IMG/VR virus record: IMGVR_UViG_2602042090_000006
Span: 1 to 64,000 of that record
Origin: a virus
Lineage: Duplodnaviria; Caudoviricetes
Reading direction: 5' to 3' (one strand)
Length of the DNA: 64,000 bases
Shown: one piece after another, positions 35,622-44,388 of the stretch
Position numbering within the stretch: the stretch's first letter is position 1
Layout: the number at the start of each line of letters is the position of its first letter
The notes under the pieces: model-generated
What the model was told of the DNA's origin: nothing
Databases searched by the model: none
Seen by the model: only the letters and a program-made list of their open reading frames with translations
Position numbers and translations under genes: made by a program

Positions 35622-36281
35622 TCACGCCTTGGCCAGATCGATGGTCACGGCCTTGAACTCGTCCGTGATCCGTTCGCGACGATAGAAGCGGACATACTGC
35701 TTTGAGCCCGTCACGCGCATCGCATCGCGGATGGCATCCATGGCGCGCTTCCACCGCGGATCGTCAATCTCGTGCCGCATCAGCATGAAGATCTCCGAAC
35801 GGTTGATCTTGCCCTCGCTGTCGGTGTTGAACGCGCGCGTGACGATCGACTGGATCTCCGGCCGGCTATCGCTCGACCATTCATTCAGGCATTCGTCGAT
35901 CAGGCTCTTGGCAATGTGCAGTTCCGACCCGAAGTCGATCAGCTCCTGCACCTGCACCTGAACCTTCATGAGCCCATCGAACGTCTGATACGTCCGGTTG
36001 CCCTTCGCGCCGCCGACCTTCGCTTTGTACTCCTGCGCAATCAGGGCGTCGAAGTCGCCGAGATCCGTCATGGTGTGGCCACGGAACCGGGCGATCTGCT
36101 CATTCAGCGAGACGGCAAAACCCATGATCTTGCGAACAGTCTCGTCTTCGAGCTGGTGCTGCGGCTTGACCATCGAGAGCGGGACGTAAGAGCCCTTCGC
36201 ATCCACCATGAAGTCCCGGCCGTTGATGGCGATCACGCCGTCGTTGCGTTCTTCCAGAATTACTGCGTCCATTTTCATCAT
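35622..36281 (-). CDS. DUF3164 family protein of Mu-like phages
   Basis: GGAKGN...FDG...AKSLIDECL.EW...SKQYVRFY. Confidence 0.88.
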   Translation of the reverse strand: MMKMDAVILEERNDGVIAINGRDFMVDAKGSYVPLSMVKPQHQLEDETVRKIMGFAVSLNEQIARFRGHTMTDLGDFDALIAQEYKAKVGGAKGNRTYQTFDGLMKVQVQVQELIDFGSELHIAKSLIDECLNEWSSDSRPEIQSIVTRAFNTDSEGKINRSEIFMLMRHEIDDPRWKRAMDAIRDAMRVTGSKQYVRFYRRERITDEFKAVTIDLAKA

Positions 36282-36571
36282 CCTTTTTTGAACGCGTCGT
36301 CAGCGTTCTTGAGGTCTTTGGCGGTAGCAACCACATGATCGCGGGCTGCCTTCTCGCCGGGTGTGTACTGAGCCTGTTCGAAACGGGAGATGGCCCGTTT
36401 CAGGCGTTCGATGGAGAGGCGGACCGCCCGTAGGCGGCTCCGCGTGGTGGCTTCATCGCGGTTGGCGGCTTCGATCAGCCGGACGTTCACGATGTCGTCG
36501 ATCTCCGGCTGAAGCCGTCTGAGGAGGTCCGCTTTCGGGAAGGCGAACAGAAGGTCGAGCGTGTCCTTCAT
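36278..36571 (-). CDS. Hypothetical protein
   Basis: SD GGAGG and coupled ATG at 36571. Confidence 0.65.
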   Translation of the reverse strand: MKDTLDLLFAFPKADLLRRLQPEIDDIVNVRLIEAANRDEATTRSRLRAVRLSIERLKRAISRFEQAQYTPGEKAARDHVVATAKDLKNADDAFKKG

Positions 36572-36861
36572 GCTGCATCGCCTCCTCCGTTCCATGTCGG
36601 CTTCGGAGCCTCGGGCCGACGGAACGGCACGATGTTGCCGCCGACCACGACGAGCTGCGGCCGTGGAGAGGCCAATGTCAGCTCGCGAGACAGGAAGCGG
36701 TTTTCCTCCTCCTCGCCTGTCGCCAGTTCGATCACCGTGTTCAGCTGGGTCAGGAGAGCAGCGACGTCCTCGCCGCTGAACGTGCCGCCGCCATGAACGA
36801 ACGGCTTCAGCTGGTTGCGGATGGCGGTTGCGTGGTGCGATGCCTTGGCGCTGAATTTCAT
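36568..36861 (-). CDS. Hypothetical protein
   Basis: Coupled ORF; C-terminal NIVPF motif common in rhizobial phage proteins. Confidence 0.65.
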   Translation of the reverse strand: MKFSAKASHHATAIRNQLKPFVHGGGTFSGEDVAALLTQLNTVIELATGEEEENRFLSRELTLASPRPQLVVVGGNIVPFRRPEAPKPTWNGGGDAA

Positions 36862-37142
36862 GACTTCCTCCCGAAATCTGGACGGATGATCGTGCCCGCT
36901 GACGGCAGCATGTCGGCCAAGGTGTCCGTGGCGGTCTGTTCGATGCGGGTGCGGTACTCGCGGCCGGCTTCGGTCTCGCGAAGGATGGAAAGCTCAAGCT
37001 CCATGCTCGCCGCGAGCTTTTCGAGGATGCGGAGTTTGTGATCCAACACGCCTGCGAAAACGGAACCAGCAAGCACGTCCTTGGCACCGTCACGCAGTTG
37101 GCCGAGTTCCGTGCTCAGGGTCTGGTCGAGCGCCCTCCTCAT
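36858..37142 (-). CDS. Hypothetical protein
   Basis: ATGA overlap with the MuB stop. Confidence 0.65.
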   Translation of the reverse strand: MRRALDQTLSTELGQLRDGAKDVLAGSVFAGVLDHKLRILEKLAASMELELSILRETEAGREYRTRIEQTATDTLADMLPSAGTIIRPDFGRKS

Positions 37143-38164
37143 GAGATGTCTCCCAGATCCCGGTTCTTCCAAGCCATCTGCAGGTGCTTGAGCGTGACCT
37201 CGTCGCCGTCGCCGATCGCGGCCATGGTGGCCAGCTTCATGGTGCGGTCGATCTGCCGGAGCGCGCCCGGCTTCAGAGCGATACCAAGCAGGAACCGGAT
37301 CATGTCATCGTCCTGGACGTCCCATGCCGCGATCAGCGTGCGCGCATCGTCGCCACGGCTCGGCTCACGCTTCAGGCGCTTGTCGAAGCGAGAGAGCACC
37401 TGCGCGCGGCTGGAAACCGACCGCGACCGTTCCTTCATGAAGTCGCCGGCCGTGTCCTCGTTTCCGAGAAGCGCGACACCGCACTTGTTGATATCGACGA
37501 AGTGCCGGAGCTGATTGATCGCATCCGGCAAGAGGTTCTGCGCCTCGTCGATGATCAGGATCGAACCGTCGCCGATCCGCTGCAGCTTCCGGCCGATGGC
37601 CCGCACCAGGCGCGCCGGATTGTGCTCCGAAACATCCAGTTCTGCGGCCAGCTCGACGAGCATGCCGTGCACCGTCTTCGTGTTCGGACTGATCGTGGCG
37701 AGATACGCATGCGGCCGGGTCAGGCAGAAATGACGTGCCGCCGTGGTCTTGCCGACGCCGGCATCGAGCGTGATGGCAACGAAGCCCGCCGTCACCTGAG
37801 CATAGGCGAGCGTTTCGAGGATCTCGCGCGCAACCAGCGTCTGCTGGAAAACAGGCGAGACAGGAACACGGGAGGCAAGGCCCGAGCTTTCCTCGAGCGC
37901 CGCCAGCCAGTTGCTGACCTGATTGTTCTGGTTGACGAGAACGCCGAGATACTTGCCCGACGCCCACTGCGAGAAGGTGCCGTCCGGAATGTTCGTCCGG
38001 CGGGCGATCGCCGTCTTGTTCCAGCCATTCGCCGTGGCCACGCCGATGACGCGCGAGATCAGGGTGCGCCAGATCTCGACGTCCTGCGCCGGGTGCTTGG
38101 CCAGAAACTCGGCTGTCGGCTGCGGGTGATCCCATCCGCTACTTGTGCCTGTGGTATTTTTCAT
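37139..38164 (-). CDS. MuB-like transposition AAA+ ATPase
   Basis: N-terminal HTH, DAGVGKT Walker A, IIDEAQ Walker B; follows the transposase. Confidence 0.93.
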   Translation of the reverse strand: MKNTTGTSSGWDHPQPTAEFLAKHPAQDVEIWRTLISRVIGVATANGWNKTAIARRTNIPDGTFSQWASGKYLGVLVNQNNQVSNWLAALEESSGLASRVPVSPVFQQTLVAREILETLAYAQVTAGFVAITLDAGVGKTTAARHFCLTRPHAYLATISPNTKTVHGMLVELAAELDVSEHNPARLVRAIGRKLQRIGDGSILIIDEAQNLLPDAINQLRHFVDINKCGVALLGNEDTAGDFMKERSRSVSSRAQVLSRFDKRLKREPSRGDDARTLIAAWDVQDDDMIRFLLGIALKPGALRQIDRTMKLATMAAIGDGDEVTLKHLQMAWKNRDLGDIS

Positions 38165-38192
38165 CTACTTGGTTCCTTGCATAGAGACTTCC

Positions 38193-38224
38193 GGGCGCCC
38201 CTTCGTTGTGGCGCCCATTTTTTT
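38193..38224 (+). terminator. Plus-strand intrinsic terminator between A and B
   Basis: GGGCGCC-N10-GGCGCCC-A-T7. Confidence 0.7.
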
Positions 38225-38241
38225 GGTCGGAACCGTACGCA

Positions 38242-40263
38242 TTACTTTTCGGCTCTGGTCTTACGGCCGGGCTTTACTGACCCTGCCGCTGTCTTCCCCG
38301 TGGGGAATGGGATGATCGCGCTCTCCTCGCCCATGATCCGGGCAAGTCCGCGCGAGAAACTGTTTTCAAATTCGCCTTCACCGATCGCCTCGGCCGAGAC
38401 GGCCGGAGCGAGGTTGCTGCCCGTGATGAGGCGGGTGACGACGGGGCGCGGCGCCGGTGTCTCCGGGCGCTTCTCAGCCTTCTGGGCCTTGGCATAGATG
38501 TCGGCCAGCTTGCCGGCTTCGATCGTGCGGTTGAGTTCCAGCAACGACTTCGTTGCCTTGGCGTGATCGGAGGCCTGCCGTGCCGTCTGACGAGCAGCGG
38601 CTTGGCAGTCGAAACCAGTGGGGAGCACGCACTCCGCGTCACCAATGAACCGGCCGGCGCCGTCGTAGAGCTTGACGGCACCATGCAGGTTTGCCGGATC
38701 GAACCGCATGGTCAGCTTTTTGCCGATCCACTGATTGAGTACCGGAGCCCAATAGCGGTTGCCGGCGTAGTGGACCGCACCATCCGGCTTGCGAGCGGTG
38801 ATGTTCTCGGCCGCAAGCATCCAGAGCGCGCGCTGCGCCGTGCTGGAGTAGCGCAGGATGGTCGAGGGTTCGGCGACGGACTCCGCAAACACGGCGTTGA
38901 AGCTGCGGCCATCGGCCATCTCTGTCTGACGGCCCTCGCGAGCATTGTGCTCTTCGACCATTGCCGAGACATGCTCCTGAAGCACATCGAGCTTCACGGC
39001 ACGGCGTCCATAATCCTCGGGCTTCTCGGCAACGTTCGGGCCTGTGTAGGCCCCGGCCATGGCGGGATGCCGCGAAATCTCGTCGGCCAGATCCTTCCAG
39101 GCGCGTTCGATCGGCTTTGACCGGCCAGAATACGGCTTGGTGAAGTGCGCCTCGATGTCGAGCGTCTTCAGGAGGCCGGCGACCTCGTCTTCCGTGATCT
39201 TGTACCGGTTCCGGGCCTTGGCGCCGCCAGAGATCTTCTTCGAAGCGAACGCTTTCCCGTTGTCCATGTAGATGTGGTAGGGCAGCGCGCCGTCCGCGTT
39301 CTCGATCATCGCGCCGATGCAGGAGCGCACCGCTTCCCACGTCTCGGCTTCAGACAGGATCCACGACAGCACCTTGCGGGAGTAAATGTCTTGGATCCCG
39401 ATGAGGATGACGCGCACCGGCACCTTCTTCCAGGGCACACGCACGAACAGATCGAGCTTGTGACCATCGGTGTTGACCATCTGCATGGCATGAAGATGCG
39501 CGACAGAGCGGGTCTGCGCCGGGAACAGCCGGGCGGCGGCTTCCTTGCCCTCACGGGCCAATATCTGGACAGCTTTCGGAACCTCAGCTTCGAGGCGCCG
39601 GCGCAGCGTGCGCTCGGAAGGGATCGGCGACCAGCCGTTCGCCTTGGCCGCAGTCATCATCCGGCGGAAGCAGGACGAAAACTTCGGCTTGCCCGACCGC
39701 AGGTAGTCCGACTTCAGGACCTCCCAGGCGTCAGCATGACAATCGGCAAGATCTGCGACAACACCGTTGACCGCAGGCGAGAAGGACGGTGCCAGCGCTG
39801 CGAGCCAGTCGGCCCGCGCGTGGCCTTCGACCATCTGACGCCAGTTGTAGTAGGTCCTCTCCGCGACATCGGCCATACGGGTGCAGTGCCTGACGGCAAC
39901 CGTCGTCCCGATGCCGGACTTCTCCATGTCGTCGACCGCGATTAACACGTTGAAACGCTTCCGGCAGATGTCCTTGTGCTCGTCGGTCAGGGCCTCAAAG
40001 CGGCCCCAAAGCAGCTTCGAAGCATCCTTGACGTCTGCTGCGGTCAGATCCGTATTCAGGAAGGCGAGCTTCTGCCGCGCCTCTTTCGGCAGCAGTGAGT
40101 AGTGATATTTGAGGCCACCGCCTTGCTTGGCGATAGCTGCCACTTTCCCGGCCTGATGATCCCATCCCGCGCGATCCGCATGGTCGCGGATACGCCGGAC
40201 AGACGTAGGAAGGCCCGGCAACTTTGCCTCGGCGAGTTCAGGGATGGTGAACCACTCTTTCAT
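38242..40263 (-). CDS. MuA-like DDE transposase
   Basis: Mu-type N-terminal HTH (ELAEAKLPGLP); TDGH, MDNGKAF, SKPIERAW catalytic motifs; C-terminal RFDP. Confidence 0.95.
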   Translation of the reverse strand: MKEWFTIPELAEAKLPGLPTSVRRIRDHADRAGWDHQAGKVAAIAKQGGGLKYHYSLLPKEARQKLAFLNTDLTAADVKDASKLLWGRFEALTDEHKDICRKRFNVLIAVDDMEKSGIGTTVAVRHCTRMADVAERTYYNWRQMVEGHARADWLAALAPSFSPAVNGVVADLADCHADAWEVLKSDYLRSGKPKFSSCFRRMMTAAKANGWSPIPSERTLRRRLEAEVPKAVQILAREGKEAAARLFPAQTRSVAHLHAMQMVNTDGHKLDLFVRVPWKKVPVRVILIGIQDIYSRKVLSWILSEAETWEAVRSCIGAMIENADGALPYHIYMDNGKAFASKKISGGAKARNRYKITEDEVAGLLKTLDIEAHFTKPYSGRSKPIERAWKDLADEISRHPAMAGAYTGPNVAEKPEDYGRRAVKLDVLQEHVSAMVEEHNAREGRQTEMADGRSFNAVFAESVAEPSTILRYSSTAQRALWMLAAENITARKPDGAVHYAGNRYWAPVLNQWIGKKLTMRFDPANLHGAVKLYDGAGRFIGDAECVLPTGFDCQAAARQTARQASDHAKATKSLLELNRTIEAGKLADIYAKAQKAEKRPETPAPRPVVTRLITGSNLAPAVSAEAIGEGEFENSFSRGLARIMGEESAIIPFPTGKTAAGSVKPGRKTRAEK

Positions 40264-40721
40264 CAGCGGCCCCGTCGCTTGATCGTGACGGGACGCGCCT
40301 GCAGTGTCTTCAGTTCGGCTGCCAGCTCGCGTTGCTCCTGCTGAAGGCGTGCGATCTCGGCAAGCCGGGCCTCGTCGCCTTCGAGCAGGATCAAGCCATC
40401 CTCACTGAGCACCACATCCCAAAGCCAGACGGCTCCGGTTGCCCGAACGAACGCCTTGAAGCGCACGAGGCTGATGTCGTGGGCCGTCTTGCTCTCGGCC
40501 GTGTAGGCATCGAGCGCGCCTTTCGACACGGACGACAGGCCGAGGTAGTGAGCCATGCGGGTGGCGATCGTGGGCCGATCGTACGGGCATTCGCGGATGG
40601 CGCGGGCCATCTCGCGCTTCAGCAGCGAGCGGAAACGATCGAGGTCGATCTGCTCGGCAGCCTGCCGTACGGGAAACACAGCTTCGGCGAAGAAGTCGAA
40701 CTGGTGAGGATCGCGCTTCAT
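40263..40721 (-). CDS. Conserved phage protein upstream of the transposase (putative DNA-binding)
   Basis: LDAYTAES...HDISLVRF pattern; synteny. Confidence 0.7.
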   Translation of the reverse strand: MKRDPHQFDFFAEAVFPVRQAAEQIDLDRFRSLLKREMARAIRECPYDRPTIATRMAHYLGLSSVSKGALDAYTAESKTAHDISLVRFKAFVRATGAVWLWDVVLSEDGLILLEGDEARLAEIARLQQEQRELAAELKTLQARPVTIKRRGR

Positions 40722-41545
40722 GCTGCACGCTCCAGAAACGAGAAGTCCGAGTTCGAGCCGATATGGTCGAGGAACCGGCGCTGCGTCTCCTCGTCGGCCT
40801 TGCTCCAGAGCGCTGCCATCTTTTCGAAGACGGCCTGCTGCGGATCGACCTCGGCTTTCGGAGCCTTCAGCATCTGCAAAACCGGCTTGATGTCCGGGCT
40901 TTCCCGAAGGGCGTTCGCTACCCTCAGCTGATCGTCGGCCGACAGCTTTGCCAGCTTGAGCAGCATGGACTGATCGCCTTCGGCATCTGTCCCCCGCACG
41001 GCGTGACGCAGTACCGGATGAAGGTTCTGGCCAATACGTGTTGCGCGTTTGTAGGTGTTCTCTCCGAAACCCAGTCGTTCCTGGACTGCTCTCGACAACT
41101 CTCTTCCAGAGGAAAACATCGTAGGGTCATCGTGACCCTTCGAGTTCTTCAGGTGTCGCGTCTTATCGATTTTGCCGTTTTTCTCCTCCCACAACTCGCG
41201 ATACTTCATGACGAAGATGGCGCGATCGAGCGGGTTCAGCTCGTTGCGATAGAGGTTCTCGGAGATCTCCAGCAGCTGCGCTTCTTGCGCATCTGCCTCG
41301 ACGATGATGGCGTCGATTTCGGACCAACCGAGCAGCTTGGCTGCCGTCGTGCGGTAGCCGCCGGCGACCAGCGTGAAGGGCGTAGCGCCCTTGTTCTTTG
41401 CAGGCGTCCTGCGGATCATGATCGGGCTGATCTGGCCGCGCTCGGTAAGCGAGGCCGCGAGCATTTCAACATAGGCCGGGTCGATCGGCCGGAGCCGGTC
41501 ACCGATATGAATGTCTGAGAGGGGTGCACGGATGAACTCGGCCAT
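40718..41545 (-). CDS. ParB N-terminal domain protein
   Basis: GQISPIMIR...LVAGGYR...EISENLYR.EL. Confidence 0.85.
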   Translation of the reverse strand: MAEFIRAPLSDIHIGDRLRPIDPAYVEMLAASLTERGQISPIMIRRTPAKNKGATPFTLVAGGYRTTAAKLLGWSEIDAIIVEADAQEAQLLEISENLYRNELNPLDRAIFVMKYRELWEEKNGKIDKTRHLKNSKGHDDPTMFSSGRELSRAVQERLGFGENTYKRATRIGQNLHPVLRHAVRGTDAEGDQSMLLKLAKLSADDQLRVANALRESPDIKPVLQMLKAPKAEVDPQQAVFEKMAALWSKADEETQRRFLDHIGSNSDFSFLERAA

Positions 41546-41913
41546 TACGCGGCATCCTCGACGGCTTCATGCAGGGCGGTCGTGAACAGGTCTTGCGCGC
41601 GGGCGGCGATCGCGCGGTACGTCCGCTCGAACACAGGCTCGTCGCAGCGATAATCGACCGTGCGGACGGCCTGACCGACCATCGTGCGACCGACACCGAG
41701 CAGCACCATCACGCGACGGCGCGGGATACCGAACTGGACCATGAGGACATGGATGGCGACCTGCCGAGCAAGCGCGGCGTCCAGCATATCGACCGGCGGA
41801 TTGATGATGAACCGGAGCGGCAGGTGGCTGAAATGCGACCGGCTGGCACGATAAGCGGCAGCGACCATCGCCTGCAGCCGCTCTTCAGCGGAAAACGGGT
41901 TGAGATGGCTCAC
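41545..41913 (-). CDS. Hypothetical HTH protein (DnaA domain IV-like)
   Basis: ARQVAIHVL...GRTMVGQAVRTV pattern. Confidence 0.6.
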   Translation of the reverse strand: MSHLNPFSAEERLQAMVAAAYRASRSHFSHLPLRFIINPPVDMLDAALARQVAIHVLMVQFGIPRRRVMVLLGVGRTMVGQAVRTVDYRCDEPVFERTYRAIAARAQDLFTTALHEAVEDAA

Positions 41914-42197
41914 AGGCTGGCCCTCGCAACGCTGAAGATGACCGCGAGGAGACCCATGGCAGCGACGCCAAAGATCAAGGTCGTGTCGGCAGCACGGCAG
42001 ATCGACGAGCGAGCCGGGATGAACGGGTTACTGCCAAATTCGGGCGTCACTTTCGCCATAGGCTTGAGCGCGGAAACGCGAGAGACTTCAGTTGTGGCGC
42101 GGACGGCGCCGTGACTGACGGCCGGGGACTTCGGGTCCCTGCGGCAAGTGTCGCGGTAGGCTAGAGCAGACGGTCGTTCGTTCGCGCCCACCATCAC
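41910..42197 (-). CDS. Hypothetical protein with C-terminal TM helix
   Basis: Coupled to ner and to the next gene. Confidence 0.5.
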   Translation of the reverse strand: MMVGANERPSALAYRDTCRRDPKSPAVSHGAVRATTEVSRVSALKPMAKVTPEFGSNPFIPARSSICRAADTTLIFGVAAMGLLAVIFSVARASL

Positions 42198-42460
42198 GCG
42201 GCACTCCGGCCGGCGTTGGCATACTTGGGCGAAAGGATCTTGGATGTCGTCTTGGGATAACGATCAGGAAAAAGCTGCTCGACGGGTTCGCCGAGGAAGT
42301 CGGCAATCGCCTGCTCGGATTTCGCGTTGGGGCGGTTCCAGATCGTGCGGAAACCCCCAGGACTGACATTGTTGATTTCTGCCAGTTTCGTTAAGGTCAT
42401 CCCACGGCGGCGAAGTTCGCCGAGGATGGCGTGACGGTCCCACTTTCGGGGCTTGGTCAT
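42194..42460 (-). CDS. ner: Ner/Nlp-like DNA-binding protein
   Basis: WDRHAI.GELRRRGMTL..LA...EQAIADFLG...LFPDRY; divergent from the repressor. Confidence 0.88.
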   Translation of the reverse strand: MTKPRKWDRHAILGELRRRGMTLTKLAEINNVSPGGFRTIWNRPNAKSEQAIADFLGEPVEQLFPDRYPKTTSKILSPKYANAGRSAA

Positions 42461-42558
42461 CCGGTTTCTCCTGCGAAAAGCGGATGTTGGCGCATCCGCT
42501 TTTTGTTGAATGTTGTTGAGCACAAGCAGCCCGCATTACGCGGCTGCTATTGATAGAG

Positions 42559-42594
42559 GTAAAGCGGTTTTATGGCTTTGTAAAGCGTAAAGCG
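42559..42594. promoter_or_regulatory. Immunity region, candidate operators (3x GTAAAGCG)
   Basis: Repeats at 42559, 42580 and 42587 in the AT-rich divergent intergenic region. Confidence 0.5.
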
Positions 42595-42611
42595 GCTCTA
42601 TGTTTTAAAAT

Positions 42612-43307
42612 ATGGCGCGTCCTGAATCCGCACCTAAGACCGAGCTGGCAGCACGGCTTCGAGAGTTTCGCCGACAGATGGGCGATCCTGAACGAGATGA
42701 ATTTGCGCGCGGGCTGGGCGTCGGAAAGACAACGCTTGCCTCGTACGAACGAGGCGAGACCGAGCCGACAGCCTCAGTGTTGAACGCCTATCGGGAAAAG
42801 TATGGTGCTAACTTGATTTGGTTTGTCACCGGCAAAGGCGAAGCCGTTGAGGCCAACCAGCGCGTACAACCGGCTGATCTACCGGCTGAGTTCATCCGCT
42901 TGCCGCAGTACGATGTCGCAGCCTCAGCCGGGCGGGGTGTGATTTCGTACGTAGAACACGCCGCTAACGAGGTGACGTTCGAGAAGCGGTTCCTTCGTGC
43001 TCTCGGTGCGCAGCCTGAAAGCTGTTTCCTCATGTGGGCGAAGGGGGACAGCATGTTGCCGACCTTTCCAGATGGGGCCATGCTGATCGTCGATCAAAGC
43101 CAACAGACTGTCGATGACGGCCGGATCTACGTCTTTAACGCTGAGGGCAATTTGCTCGTGAAACGCGCCAGATGGCGCTTTGACGGCAGTCTCGACCTGA
43201 TGTCGGACAACGTTGCCGGAAATTACCCGGTAGAAAGCTTCGTGACAGACCGCATCGTCGATCTGATCGTGGTCGGACGCGTTGTATGGTACGGCCGTTC
43301 CGCATAG
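42612..43307 (+). CDS. CI-type repressor (HTH plus S24 peptidase)
   Basis: N-terminal XRE HTH, ASAG cleavage site, GDSM serine and VKR lysine. Confidence 0.92.
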   Translation: MARPESAPKTELAARLREFRRQMGDPERDEFARGLGVGKTTLASYERGETEPTASVLNAYREKYGANLIWFVTGKGEAVEANQRVQPADLPAEFIRLPQYDVAASAGRGVISYVEHAANEVTFEKRFLRALGAQPESCFLMWAKGDSMLPTFPDGAMLIVDQSQQTVDDGRIYVFNAEGNLLVKRARWRFDGSLDLMSDNVAGNYPVESFVTDRIVDLIVVGRVVWYGRSA

Positions 43308-43357
43308 GTCAATTTTCCTAGCGTAAGGTAGCTTGTGAGAATCTTTTCCACAGCCGA

Positions 43358-43392
43358 TTGACTCCCGATAACTAGGGGAACAAACTAGGAAC
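43358..43392 (+). promoter_or_regulatory. SOS promoter with alphaproteobacterial LexA box
   Basis: TTGACT -35 at 43358; GAAC-N7-GAAC at 43378..43392 overlapping the -10 position. Confidence 0.8.
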
Positions 43393-43421
43393 ATCCGCAG
43401 CTTTAAAGCAAGGAGTTCCAG

Positions 43422-43676
43422 ATGGCGTTGCAGACCAAATATATCATTGTGCCCTTCAAAAGAGTGAAGGGAGGAGCGATTGTCCCAGGTGAGATGCGAG
43501 CGGCATCGAACGAAGCTTCTGCCGAACGGATCGCTGAAGCGATGTCAGAAAGGTTTGCCGGAACCGCTGCTTTCGAAGTTCTTGCTGATATGGAAACGGG
43601 CGAAATGACCAGCCCGCGACTGCTCTGCAAATTTGGCAGCATCGTTGATTTCACAGAGGACGCAGCAGCAGCATGA
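43422..43676 (+). CDS. Hypothetical protein, first gene of the SOS-box operon
   Basis: Strong SD AAGGAG; 84 aa. Confidence 0.8.
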   Translation: MALQTKYIIVPFKRVKGGAIVPGEMRAASNEASAERIAEAMSERFAGTAAFEVLADMETGEMTSPRLLCKFGSIVDFTEDAAAA

Positions 43677-43885
43677 ACGCCCCGTCCGAGATCGTCCCTA
43701 CCCCTCATGCCCCTGAGATGACAGAGCTTCAGCAGGTGCTGGCTTACCATAACGGGAACACAGTTGCGGCTGTCGAAACTTTGCTCAAGGATTGCCGCCA
43801 TCTTCGTGAGCAACTCACCTTGGCAGGTGCTGCCGCCAGCATCGGCTTCACACGCGGTTGGCGACCGGTAGCCGACAGGGACTAG
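43673..43885 (+). CDS. Hypothetical protein
   Basis: ATGA-coupled; ends in the GFTRGW motif. Confidence 0.75.
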   Translation: MNAPSEIVPTPHAPEMTELQQVLAYHNGNTVAAVETLLKDCRHLREQLTLAGAAASIGFTRGWRPVADRD

Positions 43886-43887
43886 CC

Positions 43888-44211
43888 GTGCCAGACACTA
43901 ATGGCCCGAGCAAGAAGATCCGCCGCTGGACGCTTCGAGAAGCGGCGGATGCTGGCCAGCTGGTCAAACTGATCTGCACATACTGCAAGACTATGAAGCG
44001 GTTCACTGCCAGCGACGTTCACCGCCTCTGTGGCGACCTCACTCTCTACCAGTTCCCGGAGCGGTTCCGCTGTGAGAAATGCGGGAAGAAGGATTATCTG
44101 GTGGCAGACTTTGAGGCGCACTACGGACCGAATGTTGGCAAGGTGAAGATCCGCCGCCTCGAGCGGATCAAGATCATTCACCGGCCGATCTGGAAGGACG
44201 ACATCATTTGA
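43888..44211 (+). CDS. Zinc-ribbon protein (CxxC...CxxC)
   Basis: CTYC and CEKC; GTG start after a GGGA SD. Confidence 0.75.
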   Translation: MPDTNGPSKKIRRWTLREAADAGQLVKLICTYCKTMKRFTASDVHRLCGDLTLYQFPERFRCEKCGKKDYLVADFEAHYGPNVGKVKIRRLERIKIIHRPIWKDDII

Positions 44212-44300
44212 GCACCGTCCTTCTTAAATCAGGCCGTTTTCAAGCTAAACGGCGAGAAACGTTGCGAAATTTCAAGTGAGGACGCACCGTCCTTCTTAAA
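44212..44300. repeat. 17-bp direct repeat GCACCGTCCTTCTTAAA
   Basis: Exact copies at 44212..44228 and 44284..44300. Confidence 0.9.
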
Positions 44301-44375
44301 ATTGACTTGGGGCTGCCAAATCGCCGTTCCAGGCCGAAATCCTCAGCCAACGCCGTTCGCATCCACATCGTTATA

Positions 44376-44388
44376 AATCAATGATTTG
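44376..44388 (+). promoter_or_regulatory. IHF consensus site near the left end
   Basis: AATCAATGATTTG matches WATCAANNNNTTR. Confidence 0.6.

Noticed and set aside
36572-37093. N-terminal extension of the 271-aa ORF 36278..37093
   Set aside because: Overlaps two better-supported coupled ORFs; the real start is probably 36571
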